From an uncultured Nitrososphaerales archaeon (GTDB lineage: Archaea > Thermoproteota > Nitrososphaeria > Nitrososphaerales > Gagatemarchaeaceae), in the NCBI GenBank assembly GCA_963706445.1, contig OY970160.1:448001-512000 (forward strand): a DNA stretch of 64,000 nt, written 5' to 3'. Of the stretch, positions 17,651-28,351 are shown one piece after another. Position numbers and translations under genes: made by a program. Numbering within the stretch: the first letter of the stretch is position 1; every line of letters begins with the position of its first letter. The notes under the pieces were generated by a model. It was not told the origin of the DNA, did not search any database, and was given only the letters and a program-made list of their open reading frames with translations.

Positions 17651-18772
17651 CTACTCGATTTCGAGTGATGGCCTCGTCCGGACCCGCGGATAAATGGTGA
17701 TGGTAAGGATGAAGACGGCGACAAGGCCGAGGAGGACATATGATATGAGAAGGAAGGTCGCCTGCTCCGTCCCGTTCACAAGGAAGTCAGAGAAGGTCAG
17801 CACGGGGAGATAGAGGAGGGCGAGAATGGCCAACGTGTACGCGTCTCTCCGCCACCTCTGGCTGTCCCTGGCGATGTGAGTCAGCAGTGCGCCTATGGAA
17901 TAGATCGCAATCCCTGCCCAGACCAGGTTGAGGCTCCCTCGGAGGAGGTACCCCACTAGTGTCCCTCCGTATTCAAGGAGAAGCGATGGGTTGGCCAGGA
18001 CTGCGTTCCACGCCGAGGTGTCTCCCGTCATGGCCAGGTACCCCTGATCGATGCCGACTATGACCACGATTACCGAGAATATCATCGACACGAAGCGGAT
18101 GTACCCCGTCGGCCCTCGCTGAAGGAGCCCTGCCACCGTCCTGTCGACACTGAACCCTCTCACCAGAAACGCGCCTCCGATGATCAGGATGGCCGACAGC
18201 CCGGCCTCAAAGGCGTGCCCCGTGACGACGAGGATTCCGGCCAGCAGGAGTATCAGCCCCGGGACTCCGAGGGCGTATTTCGAATAGTGCGGGTCGAAAA
18301 CCAGCATCCTCAGGTACCTGCCTAGGACCTGATAGGTCTCCTCTACGGTCTGGCTGTGCTTCACGGCGACCCTCTCTACCGAGACGATTGGCTTCAGGCT
18401 CTGGATTATCGGGATCACCTGCTCGTCCTCCCCGCCGTCTGAAACGAGGACAACCCCGGTATAGTTGGATCCCGCAAGAATCTTTGCAACCTGCTTCCCT
18501 ACCCTCCTGTCAGCGTCGAACCCTCTGTTCAGCTCCCCGCAGACTATCGCGACCTCGCAGGGGGTCTTCTTTTTTGACAGCTCGTCGTATTTCCTGATAG
18601 CCGCGAATATCGCGTTGGCGTCCGCTTCCTCTGGGTCGGCGAGGGCCAGCTGGGTCGCTGCAGAAAGGGCGGACTCCCTCCCCACCACCGGGGACTGGAC
18701 GCCTGCCTTGACTCCGAGGTCGTCGTCCCTGTCGACGCAGAGTACCAGGTACTTCTCGTCGGCCTGAGACAT
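17651..18772 (-). CDS. DUF373 family membrane protein
   Basis: LVLCVDRDDDLG.K, DPEEADAN, SDG.EDE and C-terminal TMs; typical uppS neighbour in archaea. Confidence 0.9.
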   Translation of the reverse strand: MSQADEKYLVLCVDRDDDLGVKAGVQSPVVGRESALSAATQLALADPEEADANAIFAAIRKYDELSKKKTPCEVAIVCGELNRGFDADRRVGKQVAKILAGSNYTGVVLVSDGGEDEQVIPIIQSLKPIVSVERVAVKHSQTVEETYQVLGRYLRMLVFDPHYSKYALGVPGLILLLAGILVVTGHAFEAGLSAILIIGGAFLVRGFSVDRTVAGLLQRGPTGYIRFVSMIFSVIVVIVGIDQGYLAMTGDTSAWNAVLANPSLLLEYGGTLVGYLLRGSLNLVWAGIAIYSIGALLTHIARDSQRWRRDAYTLAILALLYLPVLTFSDFLVNGTEQATFLLISYVLLGLVAVFILTITIYPRVRTRPSLEIE

Positions 18773-18883
18773 CTCGCCTCGATTCGAAACTGTTCCCGTT
18801 TATACTTACGCCCGAATTCGAAGCCCAACGCGAGGGGTGGGGATACGCTTAAGCCAAGGAATCCGACCTGTTGAAACGGGACC

Positions 18884-20563
18884 TTGCTGCAGGAACGGAC
18901 CTGGTACAAATCTTGGCCCGCCTATCTGGTCAAGGAGGTCGAGGTTCCTCGGATGTCACTCCACCAGATGCTCGCGGACGCCGCCAAGCGATATAGGTCG
19001 AGACCCTGCGTCTCGTATCAGGGGAGGACCCTATCCTACTCAGAGGTGGATGAGCTCGCTTCCCGCTTCGCGGAGGGTCTTGTGAAGCTCGGGCTAGAGA
19101 AGGGCGACAGGGTCGCGGTCTTCCTCCCCAATATCCCACAGTTTGAGATTTCTTACTTCGGGATCCTAAGGGCCGGCGGGGTCGTGGTCCCATGTAGCCC
19201 ACTCTACAAGGAGCGGGAGCTCGAGGCGCAGATACGTGACTCTGGCGCGAAGATAGTAGTCGCCGCCAACGACGTCGTCAATGGGAACGACCTTTTTGCG
19301 AGCCTCGAGGGGTGCCGGGGGAAGCTGCAGCTCTCGAGTATCATCGCCGCCAGTGTCACCGACTACCTCCCCGGGTACAAGCGCGCGCTCGCTGGATTGG
19401 CGAAAGTGAAGAACGTGAAGAGGAACAACACCATCCCCTTCATGGAAGTAGTCCGATCGAACCAGCCGATCGCCTCCCCGGCCGAGGTCGATCCGAAGAA
19501 GGACACGGCTGTCCTGCAATACACCGGGGGCACCACCGGGATCTCCAAGGGAGCGGTCCTCACACATTACAACCTCCTGTCGGGGGCGGCCATAGCGGCA
19601 AAGACACTTCCGATGGAAGAGTCAGACATCCATCTCTCCGTCCTCCCCCTCTTCCACATCTTCGGGATGACGGGGGTGATGAACGCCCCCATCTACTCGG
19701 GTGGGACGATGGTGCTTCTCCCGAGGTTCGACATAGAAGAGGTGATGAAGACGATACAGAAGGAGAAGGTGACCATCTTCTGCGGGGTCCCGACGATGTA
19801 CATCGCCATCAACAATCATCCGCACGCTGCCAAGTTCGACCTTAGGACCGTAAGGCTCTCGTTCTCCGGGGGCGCCCCCCTCCCGGTCGCGGTGAGGAGG
19901 AAGTTCAACGAGCTGACGGGGGGGAACCTCGTCGAGGGGTATGGACTCACTGAGACCTCGGCGGTGGGGACGACAAACCCATTTCGCGACGGTGAACCGA
20001 GGGAGGGGTCCATCGGTTTCCCATTCCCGTCGACCGACGCGAAGGTGGTTTCCCTCGACGACCCATCCAAGATACTCGGGGTCGGAGAGGTGGGAGAGTT
20101 GGCGCTCAAGGGTCCGCAGGTGATGCAGGGGTATTGGAACAACACAAAGGAGACAGAGACGGTCCTACACGACGGGTGGCTCCTCACAGGGGACGTGGCC
20201 AACATGGACGAGGACGGTTTCTTTTACATCGTTGACAGGAAGAAGGACATGGTGTCGGTGGGAGGCCTCAAGGTCTACCCTCGCGAAGTGGAGGAGGTCC
20301 TGTTCGAGCACCCTGACGTAAGGGAGGCTGCTGTCATCGGAATCCCCCATCAGTACATGGGGGAGACCGTCAAGGCATTCGTGGTCCTCAAGGACCCTTC
20401 GAAGGCAGCTTCGGCGAGGGAAGACATCCTCCAGTTCTGCAGCGTGAAGCTAGCGAAGTATAAGGTCCCTCATGAAATCGAGTTCGTCCAGGACCTCCCT
20501 AAGACCCTGGTCGGGAAGGTCCTTCGGCGAAAGCTGAGAGAGTCCGCAGCTACCGCTCAATGA
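18884..20563 (+). CDS. fadD: Long-chain fatty acid--CoA ligase
   Basis: YTGGTTG.SKG, EGYGLTE, TGD...DRKKD and GKVLRR. Confidence 0.9.
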   Translation: MLQERTWYKSWPAYLVKEVEVPRMSLHQMLADAAKRYRSRPCVSYQGRTLSYSEVDELASRFAEGLVKLGLEKGDRVAVFLPNIPQFEISYFGILRAGGVVVPCSPLYKERELEAQIRDSGAKIVVAANDVVNGNDLFASLEGCRGKLQLSSIIAASVTDYLPGYKRALAGLAKVKNVKRNNTIPFMEVVRSNQPIASPAEVDPKKDTAVLQYTGGTTGISKGAVLTHYNLLSGAAIAAKTLPMEESDIHLSVLPLFHIFGMTGVMNAPIYSGGTMVLLPRFDIEEVMKTIQKEKVTIFCGVPTMYIAINNHPHAAKFDLRTVRLSFSGGAPLPVAVRRKFNELTGGNLVEGYGLTETSAVGTTNPFRDGEPREGSIGFPFPSTDAKVVSLDDPSKILGVGEVGELALKGPQVMQGYWNNTKETETVLHDGWLLTGDVANMDEDGFFYIVDRKKDMVSVGGLKVYPREVEEVLFEHPDVREAAVIGIPHQYMGETVKAFVVLKDPSKAASAREDILQFCSVKLAKYKVPHEIEFVQDLPKTLVGKVLRRKLRESAATAQ

Positions 20564-21728
20564 TCATCGAGACGGCGTTCCCTCCCCCGAGGCAGAGGGT
20601 AGCAAGTCCCGTCTTCTTCCCAGTCCTTTTCAGCCCATAGAGAAGTGTGGTCAGTACCCTTGCCCCGCTGCAACCGATGGGGTGCCCGAGGGCGACGGCC
20701 CCGCCGCTGACGTTGAACCTGGATTCGTCGATGCCAAGGGCCCTCCGGACTGCGATGGAGGCGGTGGAGTAGGCCTCATTGTGCTCGAAGAGGTCGATAT
20801 CGTCGATTGACATTTTCGCCTTCTTCAGTAGGCTCTTCGTCGCCGATATGGGGGCCTCCATCACCCGTGAAGGCTCCAAGCCCCCTGTCCCATAGGCGAC
20901 GATCTTCGCGAGAGGCTTGACCCCCATCTTGTCCGCGTTGTCCTCCGATGTCACTACCAGGGCCGAGGCTCCATCGCTGAGCTGCGAAGAGTTCCCCGCC
21001 GTAAGCACCCCATCGGGTTTGAAGACTGGCCTCAGCTTCCCCAGCTTCTCGATGGTGGTGCCACGATGGATGCACTCGTCTTCGGTGAACTCGAACACTT
21101 CGCCTTCTCTTTGGATCTTGACCTCGACCTTTTCGGCGTCGAAGACTCCCGAGTCCGAGGACTTCTCAGCTTTCGAGTGGCTCCCATATGCGAACTCGTC
21201 AGCCTCCTTCCGTGTTATGTGGAACTTCTTCGCTATGAGCTCTCCAGTAATCCCCATGTGGAAGTTGTGGTATGCGTCCCAGAGGCCGTCCACAATCATC
21301 GCGTCCAGGAGCCTCGCGTCCCCGAACTTCGTCCCCCACCTGACCCCCTTCGCGAGGTAAGGGACGTTACTCATGCTCTCCATCCCGCCGGCGACCACCA
21401 GCGAGTTGTCCCCGGCCTTGATCGACTGGGCAGCCAGCATGACGCACTTCAACCCGGACCCACACACCTTGTTTACGGTGACAGAACCGACGCTGAATGG
21501 AATCTTCGCGTGGATCGCGGCCTGCCTGGCGGGGTTCTGACCGAGGCCCGCAGAGACAACATTCCCCATGAGCACTTCGTCGACGTCAGCCACCGAGGCC
21601 TTCGCCCTCTTGAGGGCCTCTTCTATCACGAGTGCCCCCAGGTCGGCTGCGGAGACACCGACCAGGCTCTTCCCAAACTTTCCGATGGGCGTCCTGCAGG
21701 CGGAGATTATCACCGGCGACTGCATCAT
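20550..21728 (-). CDS. Acetyl-CoA C-acetyltransferase (bacterial-type thiolase)
   Basis: NKVCGSG, NEAY, GHPIGCSG and CLGGG. Confidence 0.93.
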   Translation of the reverse strand: MMQSPVIISACRTPIGKFGKSLVGVSAADLGALVIEEALKRAKASVADVDEVLMGNVVSAGLGQNPARQAAIHAKIPFSVGSVTVNKVCGSGLKCVMLAAQSIKAGDNSLVVAGGMESMSNVPYLAKGVRWGTKFGDARLLDAMIVDGLWDAYHNFHMGITGELIAKKFHITRKEADEFAYGSHSKAEKSSDSGVFDAEKVEVKIQREGEVFEFTEDECIHRGTTIEKLGKLRPVFKPDGVLTAGNSSQLSDGASALVVTSEDNADKMGVKPLAKIVAYGTGGLEPSRVMEAPISATKSLLKKAKMSIDDIDLFEHNEAYSTASIAVRRALGIDESRFNVSGGAVALGHPIGCSGARVLTTLLYGLKRTGKKTGLATLCLGGGNAVSMIIER

Positions 21729-21778
21729 GACTGGGTTCGGGAATCCGCGATATTAAACGACACCGGAGTTGTCGAGCG

Positions 21779-22735
21779 TTGTCCCTAAATAGCGTGCCCA
21801 GTTGGCCGAATCGGACTTTGAAGGCACAAAGCAAGATTTGGATGAACGGAAAACTAGTCGAATGGGATAACGCGAAGATCCACGTCCTCACTCACGGCCT
21901 TCACTACGGCATGTCTGTTTTCGAAGGGATCAGGGCTTTCAAAACTTCACAGGGGACGGCGATATTCAGGCTCGACGAGCACATCGAAAGGTTCCTGAAC
22001 AGCGCGAAGATCTACAGGATGGACCTGGGCTACTCCGCGAAGGAGCTCACGAAGGCCTGCATCGAGTTGGTGAGGAACAACCCGGCTAAGGAGTGCTACA
22101 TCCGCCCCATCGCTTTCACTGCTTATGGTGAGATGGGGCTTAACCCTCTCAAGAGCAAGATATCTGTGGCGATCGCTTCATGGGAGTGGGGCGCCTACCT
22201 GGGAGCCGAATCGGCGAGCAGGGGGGTAAGGGCGACGATATCGAGCTGGGTCAGGATAGATTCAAGGGCCCTCCCGCTTCAGGCGAAATGTTCGGCAAAC
22301 TACGCCAACTCTGCCCTCGCAAAGATGGAGGCGCTGGCCGCTGGTTACGACGAGGCGATCCTCTTGAATGCACACGGCGTGGTGGCCGAGGGGCCCGGGG
22401 AGAACATATTCAGGGTCAAGGACATCATACTCAGCACGCCCCCTGCAAGCTCGGGGATCCTCAGAGGGATAACCAGGGACACCGTGATACAATTCGCCCG
22501 GGACTTGGGGATAACTTTCTACAGGAACGACTCCACAAAGGAGGAGCTCTACACCTCGGATGAGGTGTTCTTCAGCGGGACGGCAGCGGGCATCGCCAAG
22601 GTAAGGGAGATCGACGGGAGGAGGATAGGTTACGACGGCACCCCAATCACGGACAAGATTGCGAAACTCTACAATCAGACCGTGCACGGGAAGTCGAAGC
22701 GTTACTCGAAGTGGCTGACGCCCGTGAAGGCCTAG
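21779..22735 (+). CDS. ilvE: Branched-chain amino acid aminotransferase
   Basis: LHYG..VFEG, YIRP, K..ANY, EG.GEN, GITR and GTAA. Confidence 0.94.
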   Translation: MSLNSVPSWPNRTLKAQSKIWMNGKLVEWDNAKIHVLTHGLHYGMSVFEGIRAFKTSQGTAIFRLDEHIERFLNSAKIYRMDLGYSAKELTKACIELVRNNPAKECYIRPIAFTAYGEMGLNPLKSKISVAIASWEWGAYLGAESASRGVRATISSWVRIDSRALPLQAKCSANYANSALAKMEALAAGYDEAILLNAHGVVAEGPGENIFRVKDIILSTPPASSGILRGITRDTVIQFARDLGITFYRNDSTKEELYTSDEVFFSGTAAGIAKVREIDGRRIGYDGTPITDKIAKLYNQTVHGKSKRYSKWLTPVKA

Positions 22736-22749
22736 AATCTAGGCATACG

Positions 22750-23286
22750 TTACTTCTTGGCTGGCTTCACGTTCGCCGGGACGAAGTGCACGTCTGATAT
22801 CAGATAGCGGGGCTCCGCCCTGAACTCCGCCCTCACCTTCATCTCGATGTAGATGTCCTTCTGCTCGACACCGGTAAGCCTCGAAAGGAGGAATGAATTC
22901 ACCCCCTCGAACTCGACTAGGACCAGGTTGAACGGGGTCTCATTCAGGAACTCCTCACTCCCAAAGTAGCAGGTCGTCCACGAGTGGACCTTCCCCTCCA
23001 GGGGGAGCTTGAACCACTGTGTGCTGTGGCCGCAGTTCATGCAGTGGCTCCTCGGCGTGGCGTACTTCGTGTTGCACTTCTTGCACTCGCTCCCGAGCAG
23101 CTTCCCGTTCGCGAGTCCGAGGAAGAACTCCGAGTCCTCGGCGTAGCTGTGGATGTACTTAATGCTGTACGGAGATAGGACGACAAGGTCGTTGGTCCCC
23201 ACGGGGTTCTGGTAGATGGCGGCCCCTGACTTCTTGGCCTCCTCCATCACGTCCCTGAACTTCGCGAACTTCTTCGGAGGCGCCAT
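22750..23286 (-). CDS. DUF35 Zn-ribbon/OB-fold acyl-CoA-binding protein
   Basis: CKKC...PR.HCMNC followed by an OB fold; 1 nt downstream of the thiolase-like gene. Confidence 0.9.
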   Translation of the reverse strand: MAPPKKFAKFRDVMEEAKKSGAAIYQNPVGTNDLVVLSPYSIKYIHSYAEDSEFFLGLANGKLLGSECKKCNTKYATPRSHCMNCGHSTQWFKLPLEGKVHSWTTCYFGSEEFLNETPFNLVLVEFEGVNSFLLSRLTGVEQKDIYIEMKVRAEFRAEPRYLISDVHFVPANVKPAKK

Positions 23287-23287
23287 C

Positions 23288-24640
23288 CTATGCTTTCTCC
23301 ATTATGGTCACGGTCACCGAGCTCCCCGTCCCCGCATGAGAATGTATCAACCCGCGCCTCGCTCCCTTCACTTGGAGCCTGTCGTCCCCAAAGTGTTTGC
23401 CGATGGTCCCCTGTAGCTGCCAGAGGGCGAAGACTCCCTGCATGATTCCCGTAGCTCCGACCGGGTGCCCGCACGCGATCAGCCCTCCCGAGGGGTTGAC
23501 AGGCATCGTCCCCCTTGTTTGCAGCCTGAGCCCGTAGTCGACATCCTTCATGAACGGATGGCCCTTGTCGACGAAGTCGTACCCTTCGCCGTACTTGCAG
23601 AGACCGATGTCCTCGTAGGTCTGGATCTCAGAGCTGGCGTAGGCGTCGTGAAGCTCGACAAAGTCGAGCTCCTTGAGCGGGTTCCTGATCCGGGCGTTCT
23701 TGTACGCCTCTAGGGCGGCGGTTCTCCCTGCCCGGAAGGAGTGGACTCCTGGGTACTTCAGGTCGGAGTAGTCCTTCTCTTTCTCCCAGGCGAACAGAGG
23801 CACCTTCCCCTCAGGTCGGTCCGCGAGACGCATGGTGTCCGTCCCGCATCCGACCCCTTTGATCAGGACGGGCCTGTCGGTGTACTTGTAGGCGACGTCC
23901 TCCGACGCAAGTATAACCACTGCCGCGCCGTCGCTCATGGTGCAGATGGACGGCCTGTTCAGCGGGTATGAGATCAGTTCGCCTCCCATCGCCTCCTCCA
24001 TCGAGATCTTCTGGGGGTACTGTGAGTACGGGTTATGCAAAGCGTTCATGTGATTCTTGACCGAGACCATGGCCATTATCCGCATGGCCTCCTTTGTGGC
24101 GGCCCTCTGGGCCTCCCTTTCGTCTTTGATCTTGGCGAACTTCTTCTTTCTCAGGTATTCGTAGATGTGCCGCTGGACCATCAGGGCGTAGTAGCCGGTG
24201 TAGAACCCTCCCACCGGGTAGTCGAAGTTGGTGTCCGAGGCGAGGGCAATGAACTCATTCCCCTTCCAGGTCTCGACGTGGGACATCGTTTCGAACCCCG
24301 CCACAAGGCAGACGTCGTTCCTGCCGCTGGCCACCGCCTCCCACCCCGCCTGGATGGCCTGACCTCCGGTCGCGCCCCCCCACTCTATCCTCCGGGAGTC
24401 CTTGGGGTTCAAGCCGAGGTAGTCCTGGACCATCGAGGCAGCCTTCAGTTGCCGAGCGAAGTGGTCAGAGAAGTACGAGATCCTGCTGCTATCAATGTCA
24501 GACTTCTTCAGCTTCGGGACGTCCCTCATGGCGTAGTCGTAGGCCTTCTTCACCATCAGCCGGAAGTCCATGTCGGGGTGGGCCTTCGCGAACTTCGTGA
24601 CCCCGCCGGAGATGACGTAGACCTTCCTCGAGGCCGGCAC
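23288..24640 (-). CDS. SCP2/archaeal-type thiolase-domain protein lacking the catalytic Cys
   Basis: EWGGATGG in place of the E.ACAS motif; SDGAA, ELHDAY and NPSGGL..GHPVGATG retained. Confidence 0.88.
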   Translation of the reverse strand: MPASRKVYVISGGVTKFAKAHPDMDFRLMVKKAYDYAMRDVPKLKKSDIDSSRISYFSDHFARQLKAASMVQDYLGLNPKDSRRIEWGGATGGQAIQAGWEAVASGRNDVCLVAGFETMSHVETWKGNEFIALASDTNFDYPVGGFYTGYYALMVQRHIYEYLRKKKFAKIKDEREAQRAATKEAMRIMAMVSVKNHMNALHNPYSQYPQKISMEEAMGGELISYPLNRPSICTMSDGAAVVILASEDVAYKYTDRPVLIKGVGCGTDTMRLADRPEGKVPLFAWEKEKDYSDLKYPGVHSFRAGRTAALEAYKNARIRNPLKELDFVELHDAYASSEIQTYEDIGLCKYGEGYDFVDKGHPFMKDVDYGLRLQTRGTMPVNPSGGLIACGHPVGATGIMQGVFALWQLQGTIGKHFGDDRLQVKGARRGLIHSHAGTGSSVTVTIMEKA

Positions 24641-24700
24641 GACCGCGCCGATATTTTCCGGGTATTAATCTGCTTTCACTAACGCGCAGACGTCAGGATT

Positions 24701-26659
24701 TCAGTCCGGCTTTCTTGGTGCGCTCTTTCTGGCATATTCGACGTAGAAATCGACCGCCGACGGTTCGGCCAGGGAGTCCCTGTTGAGGACTTTCAAGGGG
24801 TCCACTCCCATCAGTATCTTCTTGACTGGAACTTCCAATTTCTTCCCGCTAAGAGTCTTCGGTATCCCAGGGACCGCGACAACATCGTCTGGGACGTGCC
24901 TGGGCGATAGGTCCCTCTTTATCTTCGTCTTGATTTTTTCGACAAGGACCCTGTCTAGTTCTTTCCCTTGTGCGAGCACGACGAACAGCATCAGTCTCCC
25001 TTCCCCTCCGACTCCTTCCAGGTCTACGGCCATTGTTTCTGCGACCTCGGGGAGGGACTCCACCGCCCTGTAGATCTCACTGGTCCCGATGCGGACCCCC
25101 ATTCGTTTGATGGTAGCGTCGGAACGGCCATAGATGATGCACGTCCCCCGCTTTGTGATTTCAATCCAGTCGCCGTGCCTCCAAACCCCGTGGTACATTC
25201 CGAAGTAACTGTCTTTGTATCTGCTCCCGTCCTCGTCCCCCCACAGGTACAAGGGCATGCTGGGCATCGGCTCTGTCACCACGAGCTCCCCGACCTCCCC
25301 GACTACTGAGTTTCCCTGCTCATCGAACGCCTCCACTTTAGCCCCCAGGCATCTGCACTGGATCTCCCCCGAGTAGACAGGGAGAGTCGGGCACCCGGCG
25401 ACAAAGGGGGCGCAGACGTCTGTCCCCCCGCTAACTGAAGCCAGCCAGATGTCCTCTCCAACTGAGGAGTAGACCCATTCGAAGGAGCCCGCAGACAGCG
25501 GAGACCCTGTGGAACCGATGCCTCTGAGCTTCTTCAATCCGAAAGTGGACCCAGGCTTCACTCCTGCCTTCTCGCAGGCCGCAAAGTAAGACGCGCTCCC
25601 TCCCATGAAGGTCGTCCTCGTGCTCTCCACGAGCTCCCATAGCGAGTTCATGTCGGGGAAGGAAGGGCTCCCGTTGTACAGGACCGCCGTTGCCCCCTGG
25701 AGTAGCCCTCCCATCATATAGTTCCACATCATCCAGCCGGTTGTGGTGAACCAGAAGAGTCGGTCCTTCGGCCCCAGGTCGTTGTGCAGCGAGAGCTGCT
25801 TCAGGTGCTCAAGCACGATTCCTCCGTGGCTGTGGACGATGGGCTTTGGCAGTCCGGTCGTCCCCGAAGAGTAGAGGATCCAGAGGGGATGGGCGAAGGG
25901 CAGGGGTTCGTATTCCGAGTTTTCCTTTCTTCCCACGGCATCTTCCCAGGGAGTGGAGCCAGCCAGTGGGGGGCTCTTCTCCTTCCCTCTTACGTGGATG
26001 ACCTGCTTGAGGGAAGGCAGGGCATTGACCATCGACCCAACAGATTCGCCCCTGTCAAACCACTTGCCGTTGTAGCTGTACCCGTCAGTCGCTATCAGGA
26101 CCTTGGGTTCGATCTGGCCAAACCTGTCAACCACCGCCGGGGCGCCGAAGTCGGGGGAGCAGCATGACCATATCGCGCCGATGCTCACGCAGCCAAGGAA
26201 AGCCTCCACCGCTTCATGGGAATTGGGGAGGTAGGCCGCGACCCTGTCCCCGGCTTTGACGCCGGCCCCTCTTAGATGGCCCGCCACCGAAGCCGCCCTC
26301 TTCTCCAGGTCCTTCCAGGTCACCTCCTTCTCGGCCCTCTTCTCCGACCTTGCGACGACCGCGACTCCTTCCCTCCCACGCTTGAACACCTGCTCGGCGT
26401 AGTTCACCTCGGACCCTTCGAACCATCGCGCTCCGGGCATCTTCCTCGCCTTCAGCACTGGATAGTCTGCATCTGCGACGTCGAAATGCTTCCAGACGGC
26501 CCCCCAGAAGCCTTCGATGTCGTCGACGGACCACCTCCAGAGCTCGTCGTAACCTTCGAAGTTGAGCCCTCTCTTCTCAAGCCATTTCAAGAATGCGACG
26601 ATGTTCGTCCGCCTAACTGCGGCCGAATCTGGCTTCCAGAGGAGTTTCCCGTAGGGCAT
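24701..26659 (-). CDS. Acetoacetate--CoA ligase
   Basis: YSSGTTGLPKPIVH, FTTTGWMMWN, SGGTD, W.HGDW and GRSDAT. Confidence 0.92.
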   Translation of the reverse strand: MPYGKLLWKPDSAAVRRTNIVAFLKWLEKRGLNFEGYDELWRWSVDDIEGFWGAVWKHFDVADADYPVLKARKMPGARWFEGSEVNYAEQVFKRGREGVAVVARSEKRAEKEVTWKDLEKRAASVAGHLRGAGVKAGDRVAAYLPNSHEAVEAFLGCVSIGAIWSCCSPDFGAPAVVDRFGQIEPKVLIATDGYSYNGKWFDRGESVGSMVNALPSLKQVIHVRGKEKSPPLAGSTPWEDAVGRKENSEYEPLPFAHPLWILYSSGTTGLPKPIVHSHGGIVLEHLKQLSLHNDLGPKDRLFWFTTTGWMMWNYMMGGLLQGATAVLYNGSPSFPDMNSLWELVESTRTTFMGGSASYFAACEKAGVKPGSTFGLKKLRGIGSTGSPLSAGSFEWVYSSVGEDIWLASVSGGTDVCAPFVAGCPTLPVYSGEIQCRCLGAKVEAFDEQGNSVVGEVGELVVTEPMPSMPLYLWGDEDGSRYKDSYFGMYHGVWRHGDWIEITKRGTCIIYGRSDATIKRMGVRIGTSEIYRAVESLPEVAETMAVDLEGVGGEGRLMLFVVLAQGKELDRVLVEKIKTKIKRDLSPRHVPDDVVAVPGIPKTLSGKKLEVPVKKILMGVDPLKVLNRDSLAEPSAVDFYVEYARKSAPRKPD

Positions 26660-26727
26660 CTTAGCCTTCGAGCGCCAAGTCGGCTATATGAGAAATACTT
26701 TGCCGGGGGGGACCACGGGGAGGGTGT

Positions 26728-27345
26728 TCAGGTGATCGGTTTCAGAATGAAGATTGCCAGGTCCCAGACAAAGTGGCTGGTGAAGCTCGCCTGGGTCCCC
26801 TTCCCGTAGTGGTAGGTCAACCCCCAAATCAGGTCGGTGATGAATGTCGCTCCGACCCAGAGGACGTTCAACGTGGCGATGTGGAGCAGGGCGTCGAAAA
26901 GAGCGACGGCAGGCGCTGACATCACCCCGAGCCTCGGGTGAATGCGTTTCTGCAGGACCCCCCTGAACAGCGACTCGTACCCGGCCGCGTCGAAAAGGAG
27001 GACCATCACCTGGAGGTAGACGGGATTCGTAGGCGATGATATCAGGGAATAGATCGATGTCTCCGACGCCGAGTTAACACCCAATGGGTGGAAGGTGGCG
27101 ACGACCCACGCACCCCCATAGAAGATGAGGTACAGCAGGACGGCTGAGACCAAGCCGATAAGCACTCCGCGAGTGACAGGCTTCTTCGACGGCCTCAGGC
27201 CGCCGGCAAGAAACGCGGTCGCCATCATACAGCCGGTGGCGACGAAAGTCGCCACCACGAAGTATCCTTGGGGTACCATGAACAGCACCAGCATGGATGC
27301 GACGACGACCACCAGGCCGACTGCCAGCTTCGAGTCTTGATTCAA
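26728..27345 (-). CDS. CPBP/CAAX (Abi) intramembrane metalloprotease family
   Basis: YESLFRG, FDALLH and SHFVWD; start taken as TTG 27345. Confidence 0.75.
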   Translation of the reverse strand: MNQDSKLAVGLVVVVASMLVLFMVPQGYFVVATFVATGCMMATAFLAGGLRPSKKPVTRGVLIGLVSAVLLYLIFYGGAWVVATFHPLGVNSASETSIYSLISSPTNPVYLQVMVLLFDAAGYESLFRGVLQKRIHPRLGVMSAPAVALFDALLHIATLNVLWVGATFITDLIWGLTYHYGKGTQASFTSHFVWDLAIFILKPIT

Positions 27346-27430
27346 CGGAGCATGGAGGTGTTGAGGTCGGGTTAAAGCCGTATGCCGGATTCTCTTGCTA
27401 GGGTTAAAACCCCGCCAAGGACTCCGATGG

Positions 27431-28336
27431 GTGTTGGACGCCAAGACTGCCTTCCTCTCGACACGGCCCTGGTCGTTCACGATGACCTTCTCATCGGTCA
27501 CCATGGGGGCCCTGCTGGCCGCAATTTCAGGGAGGTTCAGCCCATGGCTCTACGCGGTGACCCTTGGAGGGATGATAGCCTTCCATGCCGCGACGAACGT
27601 CCTGAACGACTTCTTTGACGTGCGCCACGGAGTGGACAGGGAAGGAGCTCCCACCACCAAGTACAGGCTGCACCCTGCAGCTTTCGGCCAGACCCCCCTT
27701 AGCACCACTCTGAGCTTCTCGGTGGGACTCTATGCCGCGACCCTGGCGGCCGGGGTGTACCTCGCCCTGGTGACCAGCCCTTCGATACTCCTCGTTCTGC
27801 TCGCGGGGATAGTCGGGAGCGTCTTCTACACAGCCGACCCCGTCGTACTCAAAGCCCGAGCCCTCGGTGAGGCTACGGTCTTCGTGATGTGGGGCCTGCT
27901 GATTCCACTTGGCGCATACATGGTCCAGACTGGGAGCGCGGCCCTTCTACCAGTCCTCGCGACGGTCCCCATCGGGATATTCGTCGCACTTGTCCTGTTG
28001 GCGAACAACATCAGGGACATCGGCTATGACGGCTCAGTCGGAGCCCGCACCCTTGCCGTGGTCCTTGGGGCTGAAACCTCCGAGCGGCTCTATGTGGTCC
28101 TGCTGGGGCTCGCCTACCTGTTAGTCGCAGCAGGGATACTCGTGCAACAGCTTCCACTGTGGTCCCTACTTGTGTTCGTGACGGCTCCGAAGGCAGTCGG
28201 CCTTACGAAGATGTTCAGAGGGCAGATCCCTGACAACGCGGACCCCCGAACTGCCGCTCTGGCGTTCCAATTCGCCCTGCTGTACATGGTCTCGTTGGCA
28301 CTTTACGTGGCGGTCCCCCTGAAACTTCCACTCTAG
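27431..28336 (+). CDS. menA: MenA/UbiA-family prenyltransferase (DHNA prenyltransferase-like)
   Basis: RPWS, N..NDFFD...GVD, FYT..P..LK..LGE and ANNIRD...D...G.RTL; start GTG 27431 or TTG 27434. Confidence 0.82.
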   Translation: MLDAKTAFLSTRPWSFTMTFSSVTMGALLAAISGRFSPWLYAVTLGGMIAFHAATNVLNDFFDVRHGVDREGAPTTKYRLHPAAFGQTPLSTTLSFSVGLYAATLAAGVYLALVTSPSILLVLLAGIVGSVFYTADPVVLKARALGEATVFVMWGLLIPLGAYMVQTGSAALLPVLATVPIGIFVALVLLANNIRDIGYDGSVGARTLAVVLGAETSERLYVVLLGLAYLLVAAGILVQQLPLWSLLVFVTAPKAVGLTKMFRGQIPDNADPRTAALAFQFALLYMVSLALYVAVPLKLPL

Positions 28337-28351
28337 CCTGGAACCCAGGAA

